DNA of 62,331 bases from Gemmatimonadales bacterium (GTDB lineage: Bacteria; Gemmatimonadota; Gemmatimonadetes; Gemmatimonadales; GWC2-71-9). The notes beneath the pieces are model-generated. The model was not told the DNA's origin. It saw only the letters and a list, made by a program, of their open reading frames with translations, and searched no databases. The stretch covers positions 1-62,331 of the forward strand of contig JBDSMX010000145.1 of the NCBI GenBank assembly GCA_039915645.1, in the 5' to 3' direction. Shown here one piece after another: positions 9,753 through 20,109 of the stretch. Position 1 is the stretch's first letter. Every line of letters starts with the position of its first letter. Both the position numbers and the translations under genes were made by a program.

Positions 9753-11719
9753 AGGGATTCCGCCGTGGGTTGCTGGTGCTGGCTGGCATTGGCGTCGTGC
9801 TGCTGCTGGGGTCAGCCGGGGGATTCGTCGTCGGCCGTCGCTGGCCGCTCGCGCGACTCGAGCGACTCCGCGTCAAACTCTTCGGCAAGCCGCCTGAAGG
9901 CTGGAGTGTTGCTGCCCGCACTGACCTCGATCGCTACGAGGTGATGCGACTGCTGCACGGCTCCTCACTCTTCCTCTTCAGCGGCTTCGTGACCGACGAC
10001 CAGAAGGTCACCTCTCGCGTTGAAGCACTCGACTTGCTCAACGGTGTCTGGTCGAGAAAGCGGGACATGCCGCAGACACTCACGCACGCGTCACCGGTCG
10101 TGATCCGGGATACGGCGTGGTTTGTCGGTGGCTTCGAGGGAAATCATCCCGGGCCCGCGACCACGCGCGTCTGGCGCTACGCCATCAACGACGACGCCTG
10201 GTCCAATGGTCCGCCGCTCCCGGCCGCGCGCGGGGGCGGTGCCCTCGTGGCGGTGGGAGATACGCTCCATTACTTCGGTGGCTGGCTTCCCGATCGCAAT
10301 ACCGATTCGCCCGATCACTGGACGCTCGTGATTGGCGACTCGGCGTGGCACGCTTCGGCACCGTTGCCGCTGCCGCGTGGCCATCTTGCCGGCGGACTGC
10401 TGTCGGGATCGATCTATGCCATCGGCGGTGTGCTGGGACACGATCCGGTGCCGATCGATGTCGCCGCCGTGCACCGCTTCGATCTGGTGACCCAACAATG
10501 GGACACCGCGGCCTCGCTCCCGTTTCCGATGTCGCACAGCGAGCCCGCGACTGTGCTCTATGACGGACGCCTGATCGTTGCCGGAGGTCGCTCTCGCGGC
10601 GGTGGCCGCGAAAATCTCGATGACATCCTTGCCTACGATCCGGCCCTCGGTCGCTGGCTGCACGTGGGCCGGATGCCGAAACCGTTTCTCGGCGGCATCG
10701 CCGCGACGATCGGTGACACCTTCTACGCCGGGCTGGGCGCGTCGCGCGGCGCCGACCCCGACAACCCGCTGATCTGGCGCACCACGCTCCGCAACCGCTG
10801 GCGTAAGGGGGATTCTCTCCTTGCACCGATGGGCGAAGTCGCCGGCGGCATCATCGACGGCCGGCTCTATCTCGTGGGCGAAGGGGAACGATCCACCGCC
10901 GTCTATGACATCGCAGCGGGACGCTGGCGACCGGATGCCGCAGAGGAACGGCCGGCAGCCGGCAATCATCACGCGGCGGAAGTGGTCAACGGCAAGCTCT
11001 ATCTGCTCGGTGGCCTGGGTCGCGATGCCGAGGGACGGGTGCAGATCTACGATCCGGTGAGCAACCGGTGGAGCCTGGGTCCGCCGATGCCGTTCGCTGC
11101 AGGCTCAAGCAGTTCGGCCCTCATCGACGGCAGGCTCTATGTCGCCGGCGGGATTGTCGGACACGCCACCACGGCGAGCGCCGCCGTCCTCGATATTGCC
11201 TCCGGCACCTGGTCGACGATCAAGTCGATGCCGCGGCCGAGAAACCACGCAGCGAGCGGGACCGACGGCAAGCGGTTCTTTGTCTTTGGTGGGCGCGGCC
11301 CCGGCAGTGGCGACAGCAATGTTGTCGCGAACGGATTCAACGACGTGCAGATCTACGATCCGGAGAGTGGCACCTGGAGCGTGAGCGACGGTTCGCCAGA
11401 GGCACCGCAGCCGCTGCCGCAGGCGCGCGGCGGAACCGGGAAAGCAGCCTGGCTCGACGGCGAGTTCTGGATCATGGGTGGTGAAACGTTGTCGGGCGCC
11501 GGCGCCACGAAGCAGGGCACCTATGCGCGGGTCGACATTTATGATCCGGCTCGAAACCAGTGGCGCGTTGGCGCAGCGCTGCCGACACCGCGCCATGGGA
11601 TCTTCCCGCTCAGTTATGGTGGGATGATCTTCGTCGCCGGCGGCGGGACGATGGCAGCCGGCAGTGAGTCGAACGTGCTCGAGATTCTCTGGCCCCGAAA
11701 GGCCGTCGCTCCGAGATAG
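9749..11719 (+). CDS. Membrane-anchored Kelch-repeat protein (about 12 blades, probably two propellers)
   Basis: Repeated hydrophobic-GG...YDP...W...P.PR units; N-terminal TM helix; ATGA overlap with the upstream gene. Confidence 0.85.
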   Translation: MKGFRRGLLVLAGIGVVLLLGSAGGFVVGRRWPLARLERLRVKLFGKPPEGWSVAARTDLDRYEVMRLLHGSSLFLFSGFVTDDQKVTSRVEALDLLNGVWSRKRDMPQTLTHASPVVIRDTAWFVGGFEGNHPGPATTRVWRYAINDDAWSNGPPLPAARGGGALVAVGDTLHYFGGWLPDRNTDSPDHWTLVIGDSAWHASAPLPLPRGHLAGGLLSGSIYAIGGVLGHDPVPIDVAAVHRFDLVTQQWDTAASLPFPMSHSEPATVLYDGRLIVAGGRSRGGGRENLDDILAYDPALGRWLHVGRMPKPFLGGIAATIGDTFYAGLGASRGADPDNPLIWRTTLRNRWRKGDSLLAPMGEVAGGIIDGRLYLVGEGERSTAVYDIAAGRWRPDAAEERPAAGNHHAAEVVNGKLYLLGGLGRDAEGRVQIYDPVSNRWSLGPPMPFAAGSSSSALIDGRLYVAGGIVGHATTASAAVLDIASGTWSTIKSMPRPRNHAASGTDGKRFFVFGGRGPGSGDSNVVANGFNDVQIYDPESGTWSVSDGSPEAPQPLPQARGGTGKAAWLDGEFWIMGGETLSGAGATKQGTYARVDIYDPARNQWRVGAALPTPRHGIFPLSYGGMIFVAGGGTMAAGSESNVLEILWPRKAVAPR

Positions 11720-11727
11720 TCACGCAA

Positions 11728-13446
11728 TCAGAGCGCGGGGCCGCCGTTCGCCCCGAGCATCGCGGCACGCACCAGCGGGACCGGTGGCCCGCCGAAATTC
11801 AGGAAGGCATCGTGGAAGGCCTTCCATGACGTCTTGCCGCCGTGCGTGGCGGTCCAATCTTCACGCAATTTCCGAATCATCAACTTGCCCAATGTGTAAT
11901 TGAGGTAGGCCGGGTCATAGGTGCCGCGCGCGGCTTGCTGCCGTGCCGTTGCGGCATCCTGGAATGCCTCTTCGCGGAAGAGCTTCTCACTTTCGGCCAC
12001 GGTCATGGTGCCGCTGTGAAGGCCGATCGCCGAGAGGTAGCGAGCGTTGCGGAGCAGCGCATTGGAGAGCTGACCGATGTGGGTTTCAGGATCGCCGGCG
12101 CCGAGTCCGGCTTCCCACATCATCTCTTCGCTGTAGTGGGCCCACCCTTCCGAGAAGGCGTAGCCGACGAAGAGCTGGCCGACCCGCGACGGGGCGCGAT
12201 TGGCATGCAGGAACTGGAGGAAATGTCCGGGCCAGACTTCGTGGACCGAGGTGAAGAGCAGATCCTTCACGCCCGGAATGTAGGAAGCCTGCTCGGCCTT
12301 GCTCCACTTGGGATCGGCAGGCGCGATGTAGTAGATCGACGGCAGCCCCTTCTCGAATGGGCCGGGGATGTCGATGTATGCCGAGTTGGCGCGCTGGTAC
12401 GGTGGCGACTCGTGGACCTGTGCCGTCTCGGTGCCGGGGATGGTGACGAGATCCTTGGCGCGGAGGAATGCCTGCAAGGTGTCGAGCTGTTCGGTTGCTT
12501 CGGCCACCGGCCCGACCTTTGGCTTGTGGGCATTCATCTTCGCCATGCACTCGGGGATGCTCTTCCCCGGAGCGAAGGCGGCACACGCTTCCTTGAGCGA
12601 CGCCACGTTGCGCGCCATATCCTCACGACCAACCTGCGTCAGGCGCTCGAGGGGCACGTCGACGCGCTCAGTGGCGCGCAGCATTTCGGCGAAGAGCTTC
12701 GGGCCGAGGGCGAAATTCTCGGTCTGGGTCGCGCGCTGTGTCTCGAGCCAGTTGTCGAGGTCAACGAAGGCCGCTGCCGCTGCGGCGTTGGCCGTCCGGA
12801 ATTCACCCTGAAGGGCGGTGTCGGTGATCGAAGTGAAGACGCCGGGTAGGTCGTCCTTGAGGTAGGCCGCGAGTCCGCCATAGCGGGTCCGGCCGATGTC
12901 GATCAGCGGTCTCGCAAGTGGCGCGTGAAGGTTGGTCTTGACCTGCGTCAGCACGGCGGGGATGCCCTTGGCCCAGTTGATGTAGGCGCGCATCCGATCG
13001 GGAAGCGGGGCATAGGGCCGCGTCAGGTAAACGTCGGGCGAGACGCCGGGGCCGAGCATGAAGAAGCCGATGTAGAAATCGGGATTCTTGTGGGGCGCAT
13101 CGGCCGACTCGGTCCAGAAGAGCGACTGATCGACGACTGCGAGGAGGTAGTCCCGCTCAAAGCGGCGCACCGAGTCGAGCGCTTCCGCCGGAAACGCCTG
13201 CGCCGAGTCGCGCGCCGTCTTCAGCCGGGCGATTTCGGTCTTGATTCCGGCCTCGCTCCAGTCAGGAAACTTGCCGTCGAATTCGTGACGGCCCTGGTAA
13301 ACCGCGAAAGTTGGATTGGCGGCGAGATGCGACTCGAGGAACTTGTCGCGGAAGGCGTCCCAGTCGGCGTTGCGATCGGGGGGTGCCGGCTTGGCACAGG
13401 CGACAAGGAGTGCGAGGCAGGGCAGGAGCAGCTGGCGGGGACTCAC
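11728..13446 (-). CDS. DUF885 family lipoprotein (putative metallopeptidase)
   Basis: LLVAC lipobox, HEVWPGHFLQ, FSEGWAHYSE, YLNYTLGK. Confidence 0.85.
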   Translation of the reverse strand: MSPRQLLLPCLALLVACAKPAPPDRNADWDAFRDKFLESHLAANPTFAVYQGRHEFDGKFPDWSEAGIKTEIARLKTARDSAQAFPAEALDSVRRFERDYLLAVVDQSLFWTESADAPHKNPDFYIGFFMLGPGVSPDVYLTRPYAPLPDRMRAYINWAKGIPAVLTQVKTNLHAPLARPLIDIGRTRYGGLAAYLKDDLPGVFTSITDTALQGEFRTANAAAAAAFVDLDNWLETQRATQTENFALGPKLFAEMLRATERVDVPLERLTQVGREDMARNVASLKEACAAFAPGKSIPECMAKMNAHKPKVGPVAEATEQLDTLQAFLRAKDLVTIPGTETAQVHESPPYQRANSAYIDIPGPFEKGLPSIYYIAPADPKWSKAEQASYIPGVKDLLFTSVHEVWPGHFLQFLHANRAPSRVGQLFVGYAFSEGWAHYSEEMMWEAGLGAGDPETHIGQLSNALLRNARYLSAIGLHSGTMTVAESEKLFREEAFQDAATARQQAARGTYDPAYLNYTLGKLMIRKLREDWTATHGGKTSWKAFHDAFLNFGGPPVPLVRAAMLGANGGPAL

Positions 13447-13506
13447 GGAGTTCTCCTCGGGGAGAGCGAGTGGAATCCGGACGATAGCGCGTTTCCCTCG
13501 GCCCTG

Positions 13507-14154
13507 CTAGGCGCGAATCAACGTCAACAACTCTTCCGGCGTGTCGCAGTAGTAGTCGGGCGCCGCGAACTCGAGGTGGGCCCGGTCGAAGGGTCCCCAG
13601 GTAACGCCTGCCGTGAGCACGCCGGCCGCACGACCGGAATAGATGTCGTGGTGGGAGTCGCCCACGAAAATGGTGGTTTCGGCAGGCTCGCTGAGCCGTG
13701 CGAGCGCCAGCAGGACCGGTTCCGGATCGGGCTTCGGCTTCACGACATCGTCTGCTCCAACAATTACTTCCATCACACCGTCGAGCCCCATCAGCTTGAG
13801 CCCGCGCTCGGCGCCGCCGCGATTCTTGCTGGTGACGAGCCCGAGTCGGTGCCCGGCGGCCTTGATGCGGCGGACCATGTCGACGGTACCGGGGTAGGCC
13901 CGTGCCCGCGCGTCGTGGTGGGCAAGATTGTATTCGCGGTAGGTGGCGACCCAGGAGGCGATGGTGTCGCGATCGTCGGTCATCCGACCGAACACGGCGT
14001 AGAGCGTGGTACCGAGGCCAGCGAGAATTTCGTCGCGGGTCATCGGGGGCAACGAGTGCGCGGCGAGGGTGTGGTGGTAGCTGTCGACGATCAGATCGAC
14101 CGAATCGAGGAGGGTGCCGTCGAGGTCGAAGAGTACGGTATGGATGTCAGGCAT
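13507..14154 (-). CDS. HAD-superfamily phosphatase (PpaX-like)
   Basis: FDLDGTLLDS, VTSK, KPDPEP, VGDSHHD. Confidence 0.9.
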   Translation of the reverse strand: MPDIHTVLFDLDGTLLDSVDLIVDSYHHTLAAHSLPPMTRDEILAGLGTTLYAVFGRMTDDRDTIASWVATYREYNLAHHDARARAYPGTVDMVRRIKAAGHRLGLVTSKNRGGAERGLKLMGLDGVMEVIVGADDVVKPKPDPEPVLLALARLSEPAETTIFVGDSHHDIYSGRAAGVLTAGVTWGPFDRAHLEFAAPDYYCDTPEELLTLIRA

Positions 14155-14158
14155 GGGG

Positions 14159-16231
14159 TCAACGTAGCGGCGAAGCTCGAGAACGGAAGAGGAGCGCTGC
14201 GACCACTCGTGCTGCGGGAGCCGACGGTCGCGGCAGGTCAGGGACGGCGGCCCGGAGCAGCTCCGGATCCGGGGCCGCCGCGATGGTGTCGATCAGGATC
14301 TGGCCACCGAGTGTCGGCGGCGCAATCGCGAAACGAAGAAGCCGATCGAGCGCGGCCAGCGCCGACGCGTCGCGACGACCGGCGGCAGCGCGAGCGAGTC
14401 GCTGGATCCTGGCGGTAAGGGCCGGTGCACTGCCCGGCGTCGGAGCGAGAGATCCCAGCACCCTGCGGAGTGCCGCCGCGAAATTCTCGGCGAGGTCACC
14501 AGGGAGGGAGTCGAGTACCTGCTCCTCCGATTTTCGAGCGCGTTGCCACAGCTTCGCCGCTTCGGCGGCGTCTTCATGCCAAGCCTCATCGCCGGACCGG
14601 ACCAGCAGCCGGACTCCGCTCCGGCTCCCGCGGCTACTGGTCACAATGAGCATCGCTGCGTCGGGAAGGTCGCTCTCGAAGAGGGCCACGAGCGGCGTCA
14701 TCGGCAGCGGCTTCACTTCGGGTGCCGGGTGCCTGAGTCGTGCGAGCCAGAGCTCGCTGAGCGATCGCTTGCGGCGAATACGCGCACGGCTCTCGAGCGC
14801 GGCTTCCATCTGCGGGGGTGGTAGCCGCACCACGACGCGCACCGCCTCGTGCTGCTGTCCGATTCGGAGCAGTCGTCCTTCGCGCTGTTCCAGGCGCATC
14901 GCCGTCCACGGCAGATCGACGTGCACCAGGCATCCGGCGGCCTGCAGGTCGAGCCCTTCGGCGGCCACATCGGTCGCGACCAGAATCCGGGGCAGCTCGC
15001 GTCGCGCACGCCAGGCATCTCGCCGGGTTCCGAATGCCTCGAGTACGGTCTGCCGCGCGAGGCGATGGGGACCGATCCCCGCCGCGCTGCCGGTCACCCA
15101 CGCGGTGCCGTCGCCGAGGGTCTCACGAAGGGCCTGGGCGGTGGCGCGATGGCGGGTGAAGCAAATGGAGACGCTCGTCGGAGAGCCAGGATTCGCTCGC
15201 GGCAGGGCCGAGAACAGCTCCTGAATCCAGGCGCCGTCGGCAGGCGGAACCGATCGCAGCGTGTCGACGCGGTCGATGTCTTCGACGGCGAGTTCCGGGT
15301 CGTGCTCGGCTCCGAGCAGATCCCAGAGGACCAGTTGATCGAGCGACTCTCCCGTGAATTGGCGAATGGTGGTTCTCGAGATGCCACCGCCATCGCGTGC
15401 GTGGAGGAGGAGGGCACGGTAGCGCGAGAGTGCGCGGTGCCATGCCGCATCACTCGAGGCGGCGGCGTCGAGCAACACGCTACGCAACAACTGACGGAGA
15501 GCAGGCGTTCGACTCAGCAACAGCGAATCGATCCCGGCAATGGCGCGACCCACCCGGGCGACTTCCTCGGGATCGGAGCCGATCCGTTGGAGCTGACGAT
15601 GCGCGAAGAGCGGTGGGGCTGCGCTCCGGATTATCACCCGGCGTAATGCAGCAGGCGGCGCGGTGAACTTCTCGAGGGCGGAGAGTGAGCTGATGCCGTC
15701 GAGCAGGAGGGCGTCGTCCGGCAGAATCAAGCGCAACAAGGTGATGAGGTCGCGCAGGCGATTCACGATCGGCGTCGCCGTCAACAGCAACGCGCGCTTG
15801 CCCAGCAGCCACGGTGCCAGCGTTGCCACCCGCCGGGTGCCCGGGTCGCGGAAGCGATGCGCCTCATCGACGACGACGAGCGACGGCTCCTCGCGAGGCA
15901 GGGAACCGCGACTCAATCGTTCGTGTGACCAGAGCCGGATCGCGACGTCGGCCGCGGCCGCCGTCTGCTGCCACTGCCCGAGCAACACGGCGGGAGCGAT
16001 GACCAGCGGCGGCCTTGGCTCCGAGAGCGCGAGTCCAAGCGCGATCCAGCTCTTGCCCTGGCCAACCGGTTCCGCGAGTACCGCCCCACCGAATTGGCCC
16101 AGCGCATACCTCGCACGACGCCACGCATCGACCTGATGCAGGTGGAGGAAGCCCGGTGGCGTCTCGGCGGTGCGGCCGACCGCGAATGCGGCACTCGCGA
16201 CGGCGCGCACGTCGGCCAGGGTCGCGGGCAC
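14159..16231 (-). CDS. SNF2-like DEAH helicase/ATPase
   Basis: LAEPVGQGKS (I), VVVDEAH (II), LLTATP (III), TDVAAEGLDLQ (V), DLPW..MRLEQREGRLLRIGQ (VI); GTG 16231 has GGAG upstream. Confidence 0.85.
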   Translation of the reverse strand: MPATLADVRAVASAAFAVGRTAETPPGFLHLHQVDAWRRARYALGQFGGAVLAEPVGQGKSWIALGLALSEPRPPLVIAPAVLLGQWQQTAAAADVAIRLWSHERLSRGSLPREEPSLVVVDEAHRFRDPGTRRVATLAPWLLGKRALLLTATPIVNRLRDLITLLRLILPDDALLLDGISSLSALEKFTAPPAALRRVIIRSAAPPLFAHRQLQRIGSDPEEVARVGRAIAGIDSLLLSRTPALRQLLRSVLLDAAASSDAAWHRALSRYRALLLHARDGGGISRTTIRQFTGESLDQLVLWDLLGAEHDPELAVEDIDRVDTLRSVPPADGAWIQELFSALPRANPGSPTSVSICFTRHRATAQALRETLGDGTAWVTGSAAGIGPHRLARQTVLEAFGTRRDAWRARRELPRILVATDVAAEGLDLQAAGCLVHVDLPWTAMRLEQREGRLLRIGQQHEAVRVVVRLPPPQMEAALESRARIRRKRSLSELWLARLRHPAPEVKPLPMTPLVALFESDLPDAAMLIVTSSRGSRSGVRLLVRSGDEAWHEDAAEAAKLWQRARKSEEQVLDSLPGDLAENFAAALRRVLGSLAPTPGSAPALTARIQRLARAAAGRRDASALAALDRLLRFAIAPPTLGGQILIDTIAAAPDPELLRAAVPDLPRPSAPAARVVAALLFRSRASPLR

Positions 16232-16280
16232 CGGTCTCCGCCCCACCGTGCAGAGCGGATCGCTGACGCGGGCCAGCGAC

Positions 16281-19223
16281 TCAGCGACGATGCGCGGCCA
16301 GCGGTGCAAGGAGGGTGCGATCATGTTGGTCGAGGCCGAGCAGGTCTGCGGTGCAATCATCGAGCGCATCGGTGATGTCGTGATCCGCGGCCGAATGGAA
16401 GAGTGCTGCGAGCACGGGATGGCCCAGCACTGCACGAGGGAGTGGCACCCGCCCCACTGCGCGGGCACCGAATCGGGCAGCACCACCGGCGGCCGGCTCG
16501 GCGCGCAGCCGTGCGAGCGCACGGATCCAGCTGCAATTGAGCCAGGCCGCAAGCGATTCGGCCGCGCTCGGCGAAGGCAGAGCCGCCACGTAGCAGCTGT
16601 TGATCGGAATCACGCGCGCATCGGCGACGACGGTGGCCTCGAGTCGTCGGGCGAGATCGCCCCACGCGACGCGGTGCGCGGCGGTTGCGGCCCCGGTGCG
16701 AAAGAGTCGCCACCAGGTGCCGTCGTGCAGGTCGGCGCGTCGACGCAGCCTGGCCTGATGCGGCGCGAAGTGCTGCAGCAGCTCGGGCGGCAGCTTTGGC
16801 CAAGGCGCACCACGCGGGTCGGCCGGCCAGAGCAACCGGGTATGCGGCCGACAGCGAAAGGCGCGGACATCGCGTCCACGAAGCGCGAGCAGCGACCACG
16901 GACCGAGCGCCTCCGGCGGGTCAAGAAATGCCTCGTTGGCACCGGTCTTCACCCCGAGTTGCGGCGCCACGACATCGCCCAGCGCCGGATGATCGCTTGA
17001 GAGGCGACTGGCAAGGCGCTGAACAGCTGGCGATGCGAGAAGCCAGGCATCACTGGCGACCCACTCGACCTGTGGTGTCCCGGGTGCATCGAGAGTGAGG
17101 CCGAGTCGGACCACGTGCGACGGCGCGGCAACGCGGCGCGATGCCACGATGGCCAGCGGATAGGTGGTGGCATCGAAGCCTGCGCGTTCGTCGTTGGCGA
17201 GGTCGGCGACCCGGTGCAATGTGGCGCTGGCGCCGAGTGCATCGCGGCAGACTCGCGCGTAGCCCGCAGTCGCGAGTTTGGCCGGAACCAGCATCGCGAG
17301 CGTGCCACTCGGCGCGAGCAACTCGTGACTCCGTTCGAGAAATGCGACCGAGAGATCGGGGAGGTGCCGCCAACCCCCGCCGATCGATCGCCACCACTTG
17401 TAGCGAGCGCCGAGGGCACGACGCATCGGCTCGGGGAGTCGTTCGGCCCGCACCCAGGGCGGATTGCCCACCACCATGTCGAAGCCGCCGCGACGCGCGA
17501 GCACCGGCCCGAACGCCGCCGCGAGCGCGAAGGGTGCCGCGCTCTGTGCCCGGGTCATCCGGCGCCGTTCGCGGCGTACTTCGGCCCGTTCCTGTCGGAG
17601 TGCGGCGAGGCTGCGCCCATCACTCCGCTGCAAGCGGGTACGCTCGCCGAACAGATCGATGCGCCTGCCGCGCGAAAGGAGTTCGGCGATCGTTCGCTCG
17701 AGCGCCGCTTCACGATGGGTGAGCGCCTCGACAATTCCGCGCGCCTCGAGGCGCTGGAGATCATTGAGCAGGGTCCGCTTGGCAGCACCACTCGCTGCGG
17801 CAAGCGCGCGTTGGCGCTTCGCGAGTGCGGCGACGCTCCCAGGTGCCAGCGGATGACCGCTCAACGGATCGAGGAGGGCATCGCCTGCGCGAACCGCCGC
17901 ATCAAGATTCGGGAGCGGTGGAACCCGGTGCGCGGCCCGGCCGCGCATCGAACGGAGCACTTCGAGCCAGAGTCGGAGTTCGGTGAGACGGACCGCGTCG
18001 GGATGCCGGTCGACGCCGAAGAGCCGTCGCGTGACGAGATGTCGCACCCGTGCGGGATGCCGCGGCCCGGGGCCGTGCAGCAGCGTGAGGGCGCCCACGA
18101 GAAAGGCGCCGGAGCCCACGGCCGGATCGAGGATGGTGACGTCGAGCAGCGCGCGTGAGAGTTCGGTGTCGGGGTCGTCGAGCGCACGCAGCACGGCCGC
18201 TTCCGACCGACGCAGGCGATGCGCGAGGTGGCAGGCGAGCGCTTCGCGCACCACGGCATCGACGAGCCGGGGTGGCGTGAAAAACGCCCCCTCCTGTTTC
18301 CTCTCGTCGACATCCATCACTCCCTCGAACACCCTGCCGAGGAGTTCCGGTGTCACGCGACCGTCGCATGCTTCCGCATCGAGCGACACTTCGACGCGAT
18401 CCACCAGGGCCGCGAAGGCGTCGCGCCAGAACTCGGTAGGGAGTCGCATTGGGCGTGCCCGCTCGATCGGATGCGGCTCGAAGAGGCCACCGTTGAGGAA
18501 CGGCACTATCCCGAATCGCTGCGCGTAGCGCGAACGAAGTGCCGGAGGGCGATTCAGTGTCCCGAAGAAGAGTGGGTGCAGCAAGTGCCGCGTCGGATCG
18601 CGCCGTGAGATCAGGCAACGATCGATCGCCTCGGCGAGAAAGCGGGGATTCCCATCGAGCCACCCTTCCGATTCGACGAAGCGGAGGAAGAGCAGCCGGG
18701 TGAGCTGAATCAGCGTCCAGGCGTGGCGCTCCTCGGCGGGCACGCGACCCGGCAGCAGCGACGTGGCGCGGTTGAGCAGCCCACGGAGCAAGGCGAAGGT
18801 CTGTCGCCCGGCCGCGTCGACATCAAGCGCCTCGGCGAAGACTATTGCCTGCTCCAGAGCGGTCGCGCGCGGCTGATGCATGCCCTCGGCGATACGGCGA
18901 AGCGGAAGGGTAGCGAGCGGGTCCGATCCGAGTGCCACCAGACGGAACGGCGCGATGGTGACGCCGATGCCGTGATCCCCGGAGGTGGGGTCGCGCACCA
19001 GCAGGAGTCCGAGCGAACCGCCGCGTGTGAGCAGTCGCCCGAGGGCACGGGCCGAGACGAGGGAACTCGCGGTGCTCCAGACCGGAAGCTGGGCGAGCTC
19101 ACCGACTTCGAGATGGCTGCCAGCCTGCGATGCCGGCACCGGCACGAGACAGGCCGCGCCACCGAGGTGGTGGATCAGTGACGCGTGCTGCTGCGCCGTC
19201 GACAGAGAACTCGGAGTAAACAC
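16281..19223 (-). CDS. N6-adenine DNA methyltransferase, Eco57I/Type IIG-like, with TaqI-C-like TRD and no evident nuclease
   Basis: PFLNGGLFE, GAFFTP, ILDPAVGSGAFL (motif I), GFDMVVGNPPW (motif IV), LGVKTGANEAF. Confidence 0.88.
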   Translation of the reverse strand: MFTPSSLSTAQQHASLIHHLGGAACLVPVPASQAGSHLEVGELAQLPVWSTASSLVSARALGRLLTRGGSLGLLLVRDPTSGDHGIGVTIAPFRLVALGSDPLATLPLRRIAEGMHQPRATALEQAIVFAEALDVDAAGRQTFALLRGLLNRATSLLPGRVPAEERHAWTLIQLTRLLFLRFVESEGWLDGNPRFLAEAIDRCLISRRDPTRHLLHPLFFGTLNRPPALRSRYAQRFGIVPFLNGGLFEPHPIERARPMRLPTEFWRDAFAALVDRVEVSLDAEACDGRVTPELLGRVFEGVMDVDERKQEGAFFTPPRLVDAVVREALACHLAHRLRRSEAAVLRALDDPDTELSRALLDVTILDPAVGSGAFLVGALTLLHGPGPRHPARVRHLVTRRLFGVDRHPDAVRLTELRLWLEVLRSMRGRAAHRVPPLPNLDAAVRAGDALLDPLSGHPLAPGSVAALAKRQRALAAASGAAKRTLLNDLQRLEARGIVEALTHREAALERTIAELLSRGRRIDLFGERTRLQRSDGRSLAALRQERAEVRRERRRMTRAQSAAPFALAAAFGPVLARRGGFDMVVGNPPWVRAERLPEPMRRALGARYKWWRSIGGGWRHLPDLSVAFLERSHELLAPSGTLAMLVPAKLATAGYARVCRDALGASATLHRVADLANDERAGFDATTYPLAIVASRRVAAPSHVVRLGLTLDAPGTPQVEWVASDAWLLASPAVQRLASRLSSDHPALGDVVAPQLGVKTGANEAFLDPPEALGPWSLLALRGRDVRAFRCRPHTRLLWPADPRGAPWPKLPPELLQHFAPHQARLRRRADLHDGTWWRLFRTGAATAAHRVAWGDLARRLEATVVADARVIPINSCYVAALPSPSAAESLAAWLNCSWIRALARLRAEPAAGGAARFGARAVGRVPLPRAVLGHPVLAALFHSAADHDITDALDDCTADLLGLDQHDRTLLAPLAAHRR

Positions 19224-19298
19224 GCCGGCATCCTCGCAGGATACCGGCGTGTGACGCGGCGCAATTGCCCGCGTTCGGGTACTGCGCGATGCGTGACG

Positions 19299-20057
19299 CT
19301 ACGGCATCCGCGTCAGAGCGGCAGTGACGGTGGTCGTCATCGGAATGCTGCTGCCCGCCATCGCCATCGACATTTCGGCCTTGGTTTCGCTGGTCCCTTC
19401 ACGCATGGGGCCCTGCTTCGCCGCAACCAGGTGCTGCTTGCCACTCGTGGTTGCCTGGACGTCGTTGCCCATCAGGTTCATCGTGGTGGTGCCGGTAGTC
19501 GTGGCATCGAGGACGATGTTATCACCGTTTTGCGAGGTCACGGTCCAGGTCGTCATGGTCTTGTTGGCGATGTGCAGGTCGGTGCCGGCGACCGACGCCG
19601 TGCTGTCGACCGCGACGGTATCGACCCAGGAGGCGCCCACCGGACGATCGGCCTTGATGCCGGGAAAGAGCATCTGGATTCCGGGAAGCGTCTGGGCCGC
19701 GCCCATGCTCATCTGCGACGGCGTCAGGCCATCCTTGATCTTGCCATTCACGATGTAGAGATGGAAGAAGGTGCCCGGCTTGGTCTGCAGCATCGAGTCC
19801 GGCAGCATGGCACCCATCTGGCCGGCATCGAGCTGGAGCGAGTCGATCAGGACGTGCGCGATCTGGCCGCCGGTGGTGTCCGACATCGTGACCGCGAGGA
19901 ATGCCGTGACACTCATGGTGATGTCCTGCTTTCCCTGGCCCATCGCCGAAAGATCGGCCGAGGTCACGTTCTTCGAGGTGAACTTGTACTTGACCGGCGG
20001 ACCAGCCGGTCCGACTCCGGCAAGAAGCGACAGCGCCAGCAGTGATGGAAGCAGCAC
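19299..20057 (-). CDS. Hypothetical secreted beta-rich protein
   Basis: Signal-peptide-like N-terminus; Thr/Met-rich beta-strand pattern; host-like codon usage. Confidence 0.7.
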   Translation of the reverse strand: MLLPSLLALSLLAGVGPAGPPVKYKFTSKNVTSADLSAMGQGKQDITMSVTAFLAVTMSDTTGGQIAHVLIDSLQLDAGQMGAMLPDSMLQTKPGTFFHLYIVNGKIKDGLTPSQMSMGAAQTLPGIQMLFPGIKADRPVGASWVDTVAVDSTASVAGTDLHIANKTMTTWTVTSQNGDNIVLDATTTGTTTMNLMGNDVQATTSGKQHLVAAKQGPMREGTSETKAEMSMAMAGSSIPMTTTVTAALTRMP

Positions 20058-20109
20058 GAGGGCCTCAGCGGAGAAGGGAGGGGATGATCATTGTCGGGAA
20101 AGCTAACGT

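Noticed and set aside
14159..19223. Calling the MTase/helicase pair DISARM or BREX
   Set aside because: No drmA/B/C, pglZ or brxC in view.
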